Source of the DNA: Owenia fusiformis
Taxonomy: Eukaryota
DNA length: 64,000 nt
Direction: 5' to 3'
Assembly: GCA_903813345.2 (NCBI GenBank)
Contig: CAIIXF020000001.1
Location: 32,488,001 to 32,552,000, forward strand
The translations under genes were made by a program, and so were the position numbers. Below, one piece after another: positions 12,401 through 25,745 of the stretch (position 1 is the first letter of the stretch; each line of letters begins with the position of its first letter). The notes under the pieces were generated by a model. The model was not told where the DNA came from, ran no database searches, and saw nothing but the letters and a program-made list of their open reading frames with translations.

Positions 12401-15400
12401 TGGTATCAATATTTATCAATTGGATCAATTTAACATCGTTTAAGAAAACACACCTGAAGAAAAATTAAAATAGAACAATTGTATTTACTGGTGTGAGAAT
12501 ACCTTGAGGAAATGTCACTTTTTCTATTTGCGTGTGTAACCACAATTTTAAAGATCTCATCTCTAAGAGCCTCGGGTTATGGGTACGACGAATCTGACAT
12601 TTCTTCACAAATACTAAATGGTAATGGAACCAAGTGGTCCATAGAATCATAACCCCTGGGGATTACAGTCTGATGGTTGTTGGTCGGATACTCGACATGT
12701 TTGTCTCCAAATGCTGTGTGTATTGCATGCGTTTTGTCAGGATCATATAAAAACAATACTAAACTCTGATGCATCTGTGGCTTCCAGGGTGATAGTATAA
12801 AGAGGTTGAAGCAACTGAATTGGTGTTTAAGGACAAATCAAAATAAGGCTGGATGAAGCATTGCATGAAGAAGTGGACAAATGGAAGATCATTACAGTCA
12901 TGCATACCTCCCTCCCCACCATTACCTCTTTCCTTACTGTGTACATGTTGTTTAAGTTAGTGGGGAAAGGGGGTATACAAGAGCAAAGTATGTGGTGTCA
13001 GGTGAGATCACGTTTTTATGAAGTGGTTATTTCATCCATTTGGCACATTTTGTAGAATAAATTGGTTGTTATACGATTCCTCATCATTATTTTAAGCAGT
13101 AATTATAATTTTTGAACTTCTCAAGCACATAAGCATAACTCTCATTGATATGTGATTGCACTCAGACTTGTCTCAAGCACCCACGTGCATTTCTTGTTAC
13201 CCCTTTTCATTTTTAAGACTTCTTCAATTCGAATACATACCTTGATTGTCATGGAGCATAATATGCTGTTTTCTGCAATTCCTATATATAATATGTGTGT
13301 AAATATATAGTGATAATAAATGGAGCTAGAAGTATGCAATCAAATATGATAATTTTTCAGATTAATTTATTCAAGGGGTTTCTCCTCCTCCACAGGTGCT
13401 TGAGACATATCAGGTGGGGATAAGTTATTATTACACTGACTTATAATCGGGAGTCATTCACTGAATCTTTTGTACCCGTGTTTCAGCCCTAGAGATATAT
13501 CACTTTGAGTGGATTATCACGGCTTGCGAATGGTCTAATCTCACACCACTATGTAGAGTCAGAAGAGGCCCGCCCACGTGCAAATGTCAAAGTCAGAATG
13601 TTTCTCATATTTGTAGACCGTCAAAATGAATGTCAAATAGCAGAATATGAACTTGTCATGAAGTATGCGAAAACACATAATTATCCCTTTCAATAATTTA
13701 TTGGATTCTTATGAGAAAAAATTATTAACTTCAGTTTTCATTTCTAAGCATGCCCCGTACACAATTCTAGCATTACCGAGGGTTAATTTATTTAAATTGT
13801 ATTAACTTTTTAAATTGTTTTGATTTCAAGCTAATATTTGGTTTAAATGAAGTATGGAATATCACATAAATTGTTTTGTTGTTTTTTGCTTTCTGATTTA
13901 CAACCAAATTAGTTTCTTTAGAAATCGGCAAAACCACACAAGTTAACGATTAAGTTTTGACCCCAGAAAACTCTAAATTTTATACAACAGTGGGTTTAAT
14001 CATAACTACTAGACATATCATATTCGGATCTTTAAAATGTCACTTTTTGTTCATGAGATTTTAATCAAGAATGCCACGCTAAATTGTTCATATCATCAAA
14101 AAGTCGACTTTGTATATTTTTCAAATAGAAATTTGGATGCACACGACGCAAACCCATTTATTGGGAGACGATCGTCTTTGGATTACCGCAATCCAACTCT
14201 TTGTATAGTCTCAAATTTGCCAATATAGGAGGTACAGTAAATCTTAATCTCTTTATAGTTTCGTAGACTTTTGATTTATAATTTGCATTGTGAAGAAAAG
14301 TTGAGATTTCATCTAACATTAAATCATATATTGCAATCCAGGATTGTTTTACAGAAAATCGGATTTTTGGGGATTTATTTTACTTGTTGGTCGATGTTTA
14401 AAGATAAAACACATCGAACTTGATTGAACAAGCCATTGTTATTGATTGGCCATCGATAAACCGTCCTGACAGATCCAGACAGAAATATGAGATATCTAAA
14501 GACCTTAATTCTTGACAAATGTTCAAATGTGTTTTACCTTACCACTTACAGTAGAGTGTGGTTAATAGAAAATGAGAAACCACTAAAAATGAAAAACATA
14601 TTTGATTCAAGCGAAATCCTCATCTCTTCCTCGGGACAAGTGTGATCTACGCGCAGCGCAAAACAATCACAAGAAACAAATGTCCCAGTGCAAGTGGAAC
14701 ACAACATATGTTAGTTCTTCATGATTACAATTCCATTACACTTATTTCCACAATTATAATGAATTTTAGAAGTTAATTGTATGTCACGAGTATCCCTTAT
14801 AAAGAATTCCAAGGTAATGTGCCCAAGGGAGATAGATACAAACAGTTATTAGCTTAATTAAAACTCCGCCCAAGAATTGAAATAGTGTCTTTCAAACTAT
14901 TAAATTTCTCCGTAAATGTGAAAACCTATCATCGCGAATTATATTTTCATATATTTGATGGGAGTTTGAGGAACCAAAATGATTTTGAATTGTTGGCCTA
15001 GCTAGTCTAGGATGGGGTCTAGCTGAATTAAGATATAAAATATACCATTTTCCTCTTTCATTGTATTCGCTGTAAAGACAGAGCAAGGTTATGAGCTTGC
15101 TTGATATCGTGTACTTTAGTCATCATTTAAAGTAAACTAAAATCGCAGGCATGTATTCTTTTGACTTCAATCTTCGACTTTTAGTCTCAGTTTCTTATTT
15201 TTAAATACTTGAATGATTTATTTGACGAGAGTTATGTTAAAGTCAGGAACAATGAAAAATTACTGGGTGCCACGCTATTTGAATGACTTCTATGACTATA
15301 ATTGAGAATCATCAATGGCCTTTGTGGACATAATATTGGGAAATCTGACAACACACAGCGTCGTTTAAAGAGTGAATCAAGGAAGTAGATTTTGAAATTC

Positions 15401-16218
15401 TGAAAATTGATGTGTCAGGTAAGAATATAGTTGATTGCCATGTCGAGACAAAAACTTCGAAAAGTCACAAACTATTGAATGCAATGAATTCATACGTTTG
15501 CCATGAATCCTGTTCAGCGCAATTAAGGCTCCTTGAAGCCCACGACTTGGTGTGGTGTGAAGTGTGAGAAAAGACTACAATAGTTTACCAGTGGTCAATG
15601 TGAAGTGGTCAATTGTAGTTCTAGGCATTGATCGACATTAAAGTTAAGGATTAAAGTGTTAGTATTTGGTATTAATGAATTTAGCGTCTATTAGCATTGT
15701 TAAAAACGGGTAAATAGCTGGGTAAGCTTGCAGCTGATCTACTCTAAGAAAAGTGAAGTTGTTGATTCAGGAACGGTAGATGTTCAAGAACATGATCCTC
15801 CCAAATACTTCAAACAGTGTATGGTTTCAAGTGGGAGTCTCATAGGAAGCTGAAATTCACAAAAGTCATTTAGCCAAGTTGTTTCGCACTGAAACACGTA
15901 TTATCTTTCTTTATGACAAGTACAAGTGGAGTTATTGATTGTCATAATTTCTTTAGGTCTGTTACTTGTAGTGATGATATAATTCGTCATTGATAATAAG
16001 AAGTTATAAATTCTTATTTGAATTAAGGTAAAATGTCCCACAACTTGTGTGAGTGTTAACATTACAGAGTGAGTCACAAATTAGAACACTAAATACATAT
16101 CAGAAATGTAGATTGGGCTCAATGAGGTTCAAAATAATGTGAATATAACTTTTGTAGATAATTTTCATTTACACTATAAAGGACGTAATTCAATGAGGGG
16201 CAAATATCCCACGGGTAT

Positions 16219-17331
16219 TTATAGGATATCCTATGATTTTGAGGAATATCATTTTTATCTACGAGGTGATATTGATATCTGCACGAGAGAGCGAAGCGAA
16301 CGAGTGGATATTATAGGAATATCCTATGGCTTTGAAAAAATATCACTTATATCCATGAGTTGATATTGATATCTTTGCGAGTGAGCGCAGCGAGTGAGTG
16401 AAGATACTGATATCCATGAGTGGATATAAGTGATATTTTTGAAAAACCATAGGATTGTCCGTTTATCCCATGGGGAATTATTATCCAGAGAACATTGAAT
16501 AGTCAGATAAATTTCAACAAGATTTATTTATTTCAACATTTTGATTGCAATAATTCAACAAACGTCATAAACATGACGTAACAGGGTGGTTTGTATTTAA
16601 TGCAAACGCCGTAAAAACTAGATCCAAATAAATAAAAAACATATAAAGAATCGTTTTGCTGAATTAATAATAAAAGATTGAAAAAATCAAAACCATCGAA
16701 TATCACTTTTGAAACCATCGAATATCACTTTTAGAACCATCGAATATCACCTTTCAAAAAGTGATATTCGATGGTTTCAAAAGTGATATTCGATGGTTTG
16801 GGAATTGTTTGCTAAAATATGATATCTTCATCCACGTATCAATTATATCTTCACGTGATATTCGATCAATATCCTTGTAACCATGGGATAAAATGATTTA
16901 TTCCATAGTTAGCATGATATTCATAGGATAACATGTGAAAATAAAAACGGTATTTTTGTAATCAGTGGTAAAATATGATATTTTTGACAAATTTTCACTT
17001 AACCATAGCATACGGTTTTTAAGCCATGACATACGACGTCGTATGCGATGGTTTATGGATTTTTGCTACTTCAGACTCAAAACGAGGCTAAGTGTCAACA
17101 TCGCCGGGTCGTTTGGAAAATTCGAATTGAATCACTTAATTTCCGACGATTCTGACGATGACTTTAACTATGGAATAAAAAGAACATCCTATGATTTACT
17201 CGTGATATGATTTTAATCCACTCATGGATATTGATATCTGCACTCTCTCGCTACGCTCGCTGGTACAGATATCATATCCATTCGTGGATAAAAATCATAT
17301 CACTCATAAATCATAGGATATCCTCTATATA
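16219..17331. mobile_element. Composite hairpin-terminated element (two head-to-head modules) with an internal 22-bp palindromic array
   Basis: Hairpins at 16322-16454 and 17185-17324; short IR pairs 16462/16881 and 16897/17166; (AAACCATCGAATATCACTTTTG)x3 followed by 2 inverted copies at 16690-16800. Confidence 0.85.
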
Positions 17332-20300
17332 TTTTTAGGTGTAAAATAAAATTTACAAGGTCACTTTTACTATGAAAGATATTTAAGTGTTTCGACCCGA
17401 ATAGGCTGAGACCAGAATGCTACAAAATGGGTCAGAATTGTTGTTTTCAGCAGAAATGGGATTGACATTTGAAAAAGTGTATACATTAGTATTTGGGGAT
17501 GTTGAATATAATCATGATCAATCAATGTTCTTCTGAGAAAATGAGGATATCAGCAGGAGTGTATTGACCTAACATGGGGATATGCACAATTAACTTATAA
17601 CAATTAACATATAAATGTAATAATAAATACTGTAAATAAAGCAATATTCATTTTGAAATATCAGGTGAATCTATCTTTTTCATGGGGGCGATAATAAATT
17701 CTGCACCCCGTCCTTTCAAGTCTGTGATGTTCTAATCTAATATGTCCTGATTTTTAGCAATCATAGCTCACAAGAAAGAAGAAATAATCAAATAGGACTG
17801 TTTATGGCGTTCCGATCATTTGTATCATATTTGAATAGTATCGAAACATGTAATTCACATTGTGACAAATGGAAAAAACAAGTATCAGGATCACAGTTTG
17901 AAAAGGGGAATGTCATTAGGAAATAATCCACGACATCCCAAAAACAATGATCATTACAAGATTACATAAAGTCTCAAAAATGTTAGATATTAGCTATAAT
18001 CAAATCTAAAAATCGCAGATATTGAAAAAGTGCCATGCCTTAACCACAAATGACATAGTCAGGATCCACCCTAAAGTAATGAAAGGTTATCCCATTATTA
18101 AATATCTATTACAAGCGTGTCAGTCAAAAGATAATGAATTTGTCATGAGGAGCATATTTGTGAGTCACCCATCTTTTGGTTCACCCTGTACGTCTTCAAT
18201 ATGGTTCCTTGAATCAGATATGTTTTAGATATGCACATACAAATATTAATATCCAAAATAGACAATTACATTTTTATTTTCGATACAGTACTGTTAGAAA
18301 TGTAAATCTCCGAGGGCTATATCATTTTGTGAAAAGCACATTGGACGATTCTACATCTGGTTCAATTGGAAGTGAAAACAGTAATTTCGAAGCACATCAT
18401 CTCTGTTATTACCGGAACGCAAATTAACATTTGACTGATGTAGCTGTTAGGGATAGACAATCGTGCTGGAAACAAAACATTCATACTCATTTTCAAATTT
18501 TATTATAGTTTATTTATCAATCCTAGATCTGACCAATAATTTCTTTGACAAATCGGTCGACTATTCACGAAACCAACTCATAATTTTTCAGAAATGTCTC
18601 ATAATTTTTGATGAGTTGGTTGATTGGTATATAATTATTACCGTGTTTATTATACGGGGTAGTAATTTGGTTTGGCTGAGTTTGATTACTGATAATTACA
18701 CCGTAGATGGAGCGCGAAACGCGTGCCAAATGGTTTGCACGTGCATTTCACAATCCAAGGAGGTGGTGCTGTATTGTAAGATTCCCCTTGTTAATAAGTC
18801 ATATATTCAATGCTATATTCACCCAAGCGCTTAGTAACCCACTATTTGAAATCCCTAACAAATCAATAGAAGTTCTATATTTTTGGAAATATGCATCATT
18901 TAAGATAAAATATATGTAGCGATTATTTCATATTGTTGCATGAATCATGAAAGTGAGTGTTTTGAAAAAGTAAAACCCAATTTTAAGGGCAATGTAAAAC
19001 ATGCCAGGAGCAAAATGCCATCAAGAAGGAACACCTGCTGATTGCTATCGTGGGTGCCACCTAGCAGTTTTGACTTGGAGCGCTCACCATGAAGAGACAC
19101 AACACGACTTTCTGCTTCTCCTTATCTCATCTCAGTCGTTCTGTCATGTTACTGTGCTCACATGTCGTATTTATATATTTATATGATTTATTGCTGAAAT
19201 AACTCGATTTGCCATTTAACATGTGTGTTTGGGATTGCTTCAACGTCAGATCAATCAGATAAAAAGTTGACAAAAATGTTCTAGGCTGGGACAACCTGTT
19301 GAAATGCTATTAGCTTTGATTTTATTGACCAGGCAGCCAAAAAACAACTTTGACTTTTAAAAATACATATTTAGGTATACCTTGAAATATGTGTAATAAA
19401 AAGTTACTATTTCATTTTACTCAAATTCAAACATATGGTTGACATTGGAATGTCATTTTTGTGTGGCCATTTCATTGTTCATTTGCAGATCTATAAATTT
19501 TTATGCAAGTTAAGATTTTATCTAGCGAGAGTTATTAGGGCAATATAATATTGCTTGCATTAGCTTGGGGTCAGATCAAAATAGAAATGGGGGTATCCTT
19601 TACATTTTATATCATTTTTGATTGTCTTTTGAGCTTCACGAGCATTTTTCATCATCCCAGTAACAATAGGAAACTAATTGAACGGACACCAACGAGGCAG
19701 AACTAGGAAACCGTCCCATTTTTCGCTTTCCATATGGCGGTTGAATTATGCAGGCCTATTCTTGCAGAGAAAGTGCTTATTAACTCTGGTCATTATCCGA
19801 CTTTTACTACCCAGAGGTGTCGATTTTCACCCCCGAAGGGACAGGAAGAGCAACTTCAATGAATAGTTAAACAAAGAATTTTGGCCTAAGATGGACCAAA
19901 TGATCGAAGGATAAGATAAATGACAAAGGCTTCCTAAAAATGAACACTATTATTATTGGTTTATTTTAGGTTTATTGCTTCAGATTGATTCTCAAACTCA
20001 CCTTTGACTTTTCTTAATGTATTTTCAATGCAGATTTTATCTTTTCAAGTTGGATTGTGTGAAAAGCCAAATATTTCTGCTTATCGGTTTTCACATCTAT
20101 AATTCACTGGAGACAATTTTATTGTCCATTTTCCCTCGTAGTTCTTTTGTAGGAGAACATTCGAAAAAACAATGAGTAAAATTAGTCACCCCAAAACAGC
20201 GGGATATGTAGTTAAGTCTTCAGACACAGACGTTAATTTTACCTCATTTTGTATAAAAACCTAAATAGATTGATGACTTTGCAAATAATCAGTCTTTTGC

Positions 20301-22109
20301 TATCAAATAAAGTTTTCACTAGTAACCTTTAAATAAATCAAATATTTCAAAATCTGTCATCAATAGTTGAAAAGTTACTCGAATCACACCATTATATTCA
20401 CTTTTGACTGTAAAAATATTTGCTTTGGAAGTATGTTTTATTTACACAAAACCTTTAAACGAGACAATGACGTGCTGGTCAATGTGCATCTGTAATTTAT
20501 AAGCGTTAAAAGCATCCAAGAAGTATACAAGAGCACAATTATCTCCCATTGACCTTATTGGTGTAAGACAATGAGCAAACTGCCGAATCTCCTTTCCATT
20601 GCCTTTTGTGAGTCAATGATAAAACTTAATTATATCCATAAAGGCCCAGTGGTCGAAGAGTCTCTATAAAATCTCTAATTTTGATAAATAGTGGTAGGGA
20701 TGGTACCATAATTGTTTGACCATACTGGACGTTAAACTCCAGCTTTGTTCCGTATTTTCTGGGGAGCCATTCAAAGGTGTTGGATTACAGGAATGTCCAG
20801 CTGAAATGTCTTTTACTTCTTGTTCTTTTGTTTCTTTATTCTTTTAATTGGTAAAGTATAGAATAATCATATTGTCGGTACCAACTATGGTTCCCTGATC
20901 GTTCTGAAAGAATCGGTTTTAGTGATATATAAAAACCTTTTATGTTGTCAATCTCCTGACCCGCTGACCATAACAATTAAAAATATGTCCAATTGTCAAA
21001 ATCAAAATCACACAAAGGCTACAAATAAATAAAACTAATTTCGCTGCTGCTTCAAAGTGAGTTTTGGAATATTATTGGAATTGACCTTTGTGCTACAATT
21101 ATATTTTGACGTTTGAAAAAATGAATCCTCCAATGGCCTCCCATGCTGGATGAATTTGATGAGATATGCAAATGAATATGGCACAAATGGCTTCGTTCAA
21201 AAGCATGATTCTTTATATGATTGAAAGTTGTTTCAGAGGATTAAAATAATTTTGTTACAATAAGTGAAGTATTGAATCGTACGTAATTCGTTCGACTTCA
21301 CTTCTTAAAAGAGAGCTTCGTCTTCGTAGTTTATAATTTGACTCTGCGAGCAGGGTAAATCTTAGGCAACGAGGCTTCATAAAATTAAAGAACAAGTTGG
21401 ATTACATTTGAAAAAATACCAATTCACACCCTTATAAAATCATATGATATCAATTCAGTATCAAATTAGGCAAAAGTATTTGCACTTGAAAATGAAAATA
21501 ATGTATCTGAATCCTGGAATTGTAAGGCATGGTATAAAGTTGACATCCATCTTTGTATTTGGAGAATACTATAGAAGTCACCCGGGAGAAGTCAATACTT
21601 ACGCTGAGTAAAAACAAATATATACCACGGCTTAACAGAATTACACATTCTTTTTAAATGCTAAGTGAGATTATATACGGGTGTCCACATTCAGTCTTAC
21701 CTCCTTGATTGCCGGATTACGTTTCATGTAATCCTTTAAATTTAATCTAGACCTTGTTCCACAGTTAAGCTCAAGATGCTTAAAAGGGTATTAGTATAGT
21801 TTTTTTTAAATATTTCCCATGTTTCCCATGGGCAATTAGAGAGAACTTACTGAATTATTCAGTGCTAATGATATGTGCTAGAGAATAATGTTTCACATAA
21901 TCTTCAAAGCTACAAAATCTACGTTCACTAGTGGATTTTACTTTTGCTTTCATAAACGTATCTGTAAATAGAATTGCTGGAAACTTATAATGTTACCTGT
22001 AAAATTGGCAAAGTTGGGCCATATTTGGGCACACTTATCTTTTTACCTGAATATCAACATAATCGACATTTAGAGCACATCTCGTAACGCTCATAAAAGT
22101 GCATCTATT

Positions 22110-22500
22110 TGAGCTCCGTACGGCGTATCCAGTTTTTTACAGACCGCAGGGTCGCCGTAGAAATTATAACTCGGAGTTATAATATTTGTTCATTTCTGAG
22201 GTCCCCGTAGAAATCAACTGGCTCAACAAGATTGAATCATTATTTGTCAATGTTTCACGATCACCTTTCGTTTGATATTACATCCTAGCACTATGAATAA
22301 CATTTATAAATTGTCCCGATGTAAATAAAATGAAAAAAGTATTATTTATCAGCAGAAATTTAAAATTCACCGTGCAGCTGCCGTGGGAAATGTGACTGCA
22401 AAAGTATGAGAGCGCAGAAAATTCTACGGCGAGCGTAGAAAAGCTACTGGCCGCACAAATGATAGACCGCACGGCGGCCGTGGGAAATGTGACTGGGGTG
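22110..22500. mobile_element. Harbinger-like repeat fragment; inverted relative at about 56285-57018
   Basis: 22250-22410 matches the reverse complement of 56345-56510, and 22115-22195 matches that of 56745-56825; ends ...AAATGTGACTGGGG. Confidence 0.65.
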
Positions 22501-22742
22501 TTAACAACGATATACAGTAGAATACCATTTATAAATAGCAGATCAACGAATTTGACGTTTGATGCTTCCATGTGTCAACCAACCAACAATGTCACTCGAT
22601 TGTTTTTTAGTTTATGAACGTAAAAATGTAAAAATTACGTTCATTTTAAGTAACTGCGTGACACAATTGGACAAATTAATTGTCAAAAAAGAATAGACCA
22701 CATTTCATTATTATTTCATAGCACGAATAAAGCATTTACATA

Positions 22743-23557
22743 CACTCCCCTCCATAAGTTTGGCAACCTTAGCTCCCCCATTGCACTACGTGTTAAAGCC
22801 TCTTTACCTTCGAATTTTTATTTACTTAACCTGCGATGATGGAAACGTAATTTGACTTTATTTCCAATACCTCCAAATTTTTTCCTTTTTTTTCCTCAAT
22901 TACAATAAGTCGAAAATTGATGATTTTGATGAACTTTTGAAAATCGACATTCCAATGTTAACCAATGGGAAATGGTAGGTTTGCAGCAAGTCATATGACA
23001 GTATATCCATCCATCCGAGTCCTTTCAAAATAATACGAGTTAGGCTAACTTTATTTAACAAAAAATTGATATGTTTCTTCAGGTTCAACAAAGTTATAGG
23101 GCTTTAAAGTCAAAATTGTTTTTCAAAAAAAACCTCCCGTTGAAATAACACAGGAGGCGAAAAATTATTTTCAAAAATCACTTGAAGCGCTGTAACTTTA
23201 GTATTCATCAAATAAACTAAACACTTCAATTTTCTATATAAAAATATTTTTTGCTAAATCTTTTACTAAAAAGATATCCCAATTTCTGATTTGCCCCGAA
23301 CCCTCCATTTCCCATTGGATTACATGGGAATGACGATTTTCAAAAATTCATCAAATTTATCATCAATTTTCGACCTATTGTAATTGAGGGAAAAAATTGA
23401 GAAAATTTGGAGGTATTGGAAACAAAGTCAAGTTACGTTTCCACCAATATTATAAGTTATTTCATCGCCGGTTAAGTAAATAAAAATTCAAACGTAAAGA
23501 GGCTTTAACACGTAGTTCAATGGGGAGCTAAGGTTGCCAAACTTGTGGCGGGGAGTG
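22743..23557. mobile_element. Tc1/mariner-type MITE with about 250-bp TIRs, TA TSD
   Basis: TA|CACTCCCCTCCATAAGTTTGGCAACCTTAGCTCCCC ... GGGGAGCTAAGGTTGCCAAACTTGTGGCGGGGAGTG|TA. Confidence 0.88.
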
Positions 23558-24013
23558 TAAACGCTCCATTGGAATACAAAAAGTGTAGAGCGCTGCTTAA
23601 TTTCTTAAAATAACCACATGATTTTTGAAAATTGTGATTTTGGAATTATTATTATTTCTTTATTGGTGTAAAAATGAACTTCAGATCAGGTCTTCCATCT
23701 TACCAAAGACCTCAAACAGAGTTAGTCTTGCATGGACAATTATTTTCCCTGCATTACGCGAGATCTTCCTCACCGTTTTACTCTACGGACAAATGAGTTC
23801 TTCTTAATAACCTCCAACTTAGTCGATGAGTTATATGCAACAAACTAAATGAAAACGGTTTTATGGACTTCAAATCCAGTTGGTACAGGGTGAGCCAAAG
23901 AAGGTAACCCAAACAAATGTAAATAACTCAGTCATCCAGCATGGGTTTAAAATCATATTTGGCCCAATTGAACCTTTTTCAATATTCTTTCATTCTACCA
24001 AATTCATTGGTCT

Positions 24014-24210
24014 CATTGGCGGATCCAGAATTTAACAAGGGGGGGGGCAACATTTCAATTAAGGAAAACAATTTGCACGCTTGCGCGGAAAATTATTTGG
24101 GCCCCTAAAACCCAAAAAGGCTCATTTGTAATTTTTGGTCCCTAAAATTATTTTCTGGGCCCACCAAAGGGGTGCTGATGCCTCCCCTCCCTCCCCTGGA
24201 TCCACCAGTG
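24014..24210. mobile_element. Short TIR element, 5-bp TSD GGTCT
   Basis: CATTGGCGGATCCAG / CTGGATCCACCAGTG with GGTCT at 24009-24013 and 24211-24215. Confidence 0.85.
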
Positions 24211-24603
24211 GGTCTATATCAAGAGGCGCATTTGAATGCACGGTGAAGTTGTTCTGACTACATATTTACAGATATCTTGTGTAATGGGTGTCACATGTTA
24301 TAGTTGTTTTATGTATATTGTTTGAAATAAGTGCAGTTTACCTTATCCTTTGAGTAAATCTTAAATTGTCCGCAGTCCTTTATGTAGAAATTTACAGTTG
24401 ATTAGTTTTATTGTACTTGAATCCTTTGGTATAAACTCATGTTGTTAGAGTAGAGAGTTGTAGAGTATAGAGTAATATTTAGTGACCTAGCTGAGGTAAT
24501 ACTTGAAATTAAGAGAACAGACTGTGAGTGAGATGTGAAGGTGAATGGAGAAACTATTTCAACAAGTTTAGGATATGTGGATTTTGCAAATATGAATTAC
24601 TTA

Positions 24604-25325
24604 CAGGGTGATCATAAAATAAGATCAAAAGTGCTCCAACTTTCGTAAATATTAATAAATCTAGCTCATTTTCCCACAGAACATTGATCTACTTATTATA
24701 CATACATAACATAAATTGTAATATGTTACATTTAATATTGTTCGTTCTATGGTGACCATGGAAACCCTTGTTGAGGGTACCTTTCTTAATGGTTTTATAC
24801 TTTGGGAATACAAACATATTTTGTTATATTCAATGCATTTTCTATATCATTATTTTCTCAGATGTTCATTCTAGATGTCCTATATATTTGCCAGTTATGT
24901 TCAACACATATTTAAGGACGTTTAATTGTGTGTTAGACTTGTTGTAAGGCAAGATACATCATCCGAATGCAGGATGAAGTAATCAACTTTGGTCTTTTCT
25001 TGCAAGTGGCATTCAAACATGTATTCATAGACTGGATTAAATGTCACAAAAGTGTGTTGAACATAATAGCAAATTTATAGAACACATAAAATGAACATCT
25101 GAGAAAATAATGGTATAAAAGAATGCATTGAATGTAACAAAATATGGTGGTATTCCCAAACTATAAAACCATTGAGAAAGAAAACTTCACACCATTTCTT
25201 TCTTTTTTGCTGACTGCTCCGGGTATCCTCGACATGGGTTGCCAAGGTTACCATAGAACGCACAATATTGAATGTAACATGTTGACATTTATTTTGTGTA
25301 TATATAATTAGTAGATCAACATTTT
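24604..25325. mobile_element. Degraded Tc1/mariner-like MITE
   Basis: Starts TA|CAGGGTG; 24680-24780 is the inverted counterpart of 25221-25325; right terminus not visible. Confidence 0.55.
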
Positions 25326-25745
25326 GATGTCGTGCCACGTATATATTTATGTCGTGTGCTGAGACTGTCTGTCTTCTGTGTATTAGTGCATATGGAGAGT
25401 GATTCGAACATCATGCATTTGTGTTAAACTTAGCTATGGGATCATGGCTACACCTCTGCACTTCAAATCAATCACTATGTATCACTGTTTTTCCCAGATT
25501 AGTGGTCAGTAATAGTGTACTCCCAGTATATCTTGATGCATTTTAATTCTGCGGATTTTGAGGAATCAGAATTTCACTGCCGTGAATTTTGCAGATTTCA
25601 TAAGTTAAATGTACAAAAGAAGAGAAAGAAAAACTAACATAGACATGATAATAACTTACAAGTAGAAAAGTACATTAATACAGATGTATATATATATATG
25701 TAACTGGATCACGTTGTTACTGGGTGAGTGTGTCTAGTAGAAATT

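Noticed and set aside
12577..12774. 65-aa minus-strand ORF with protein-like composition
   Set aside because: No identifiable domain; cannot be supported without a homology search.
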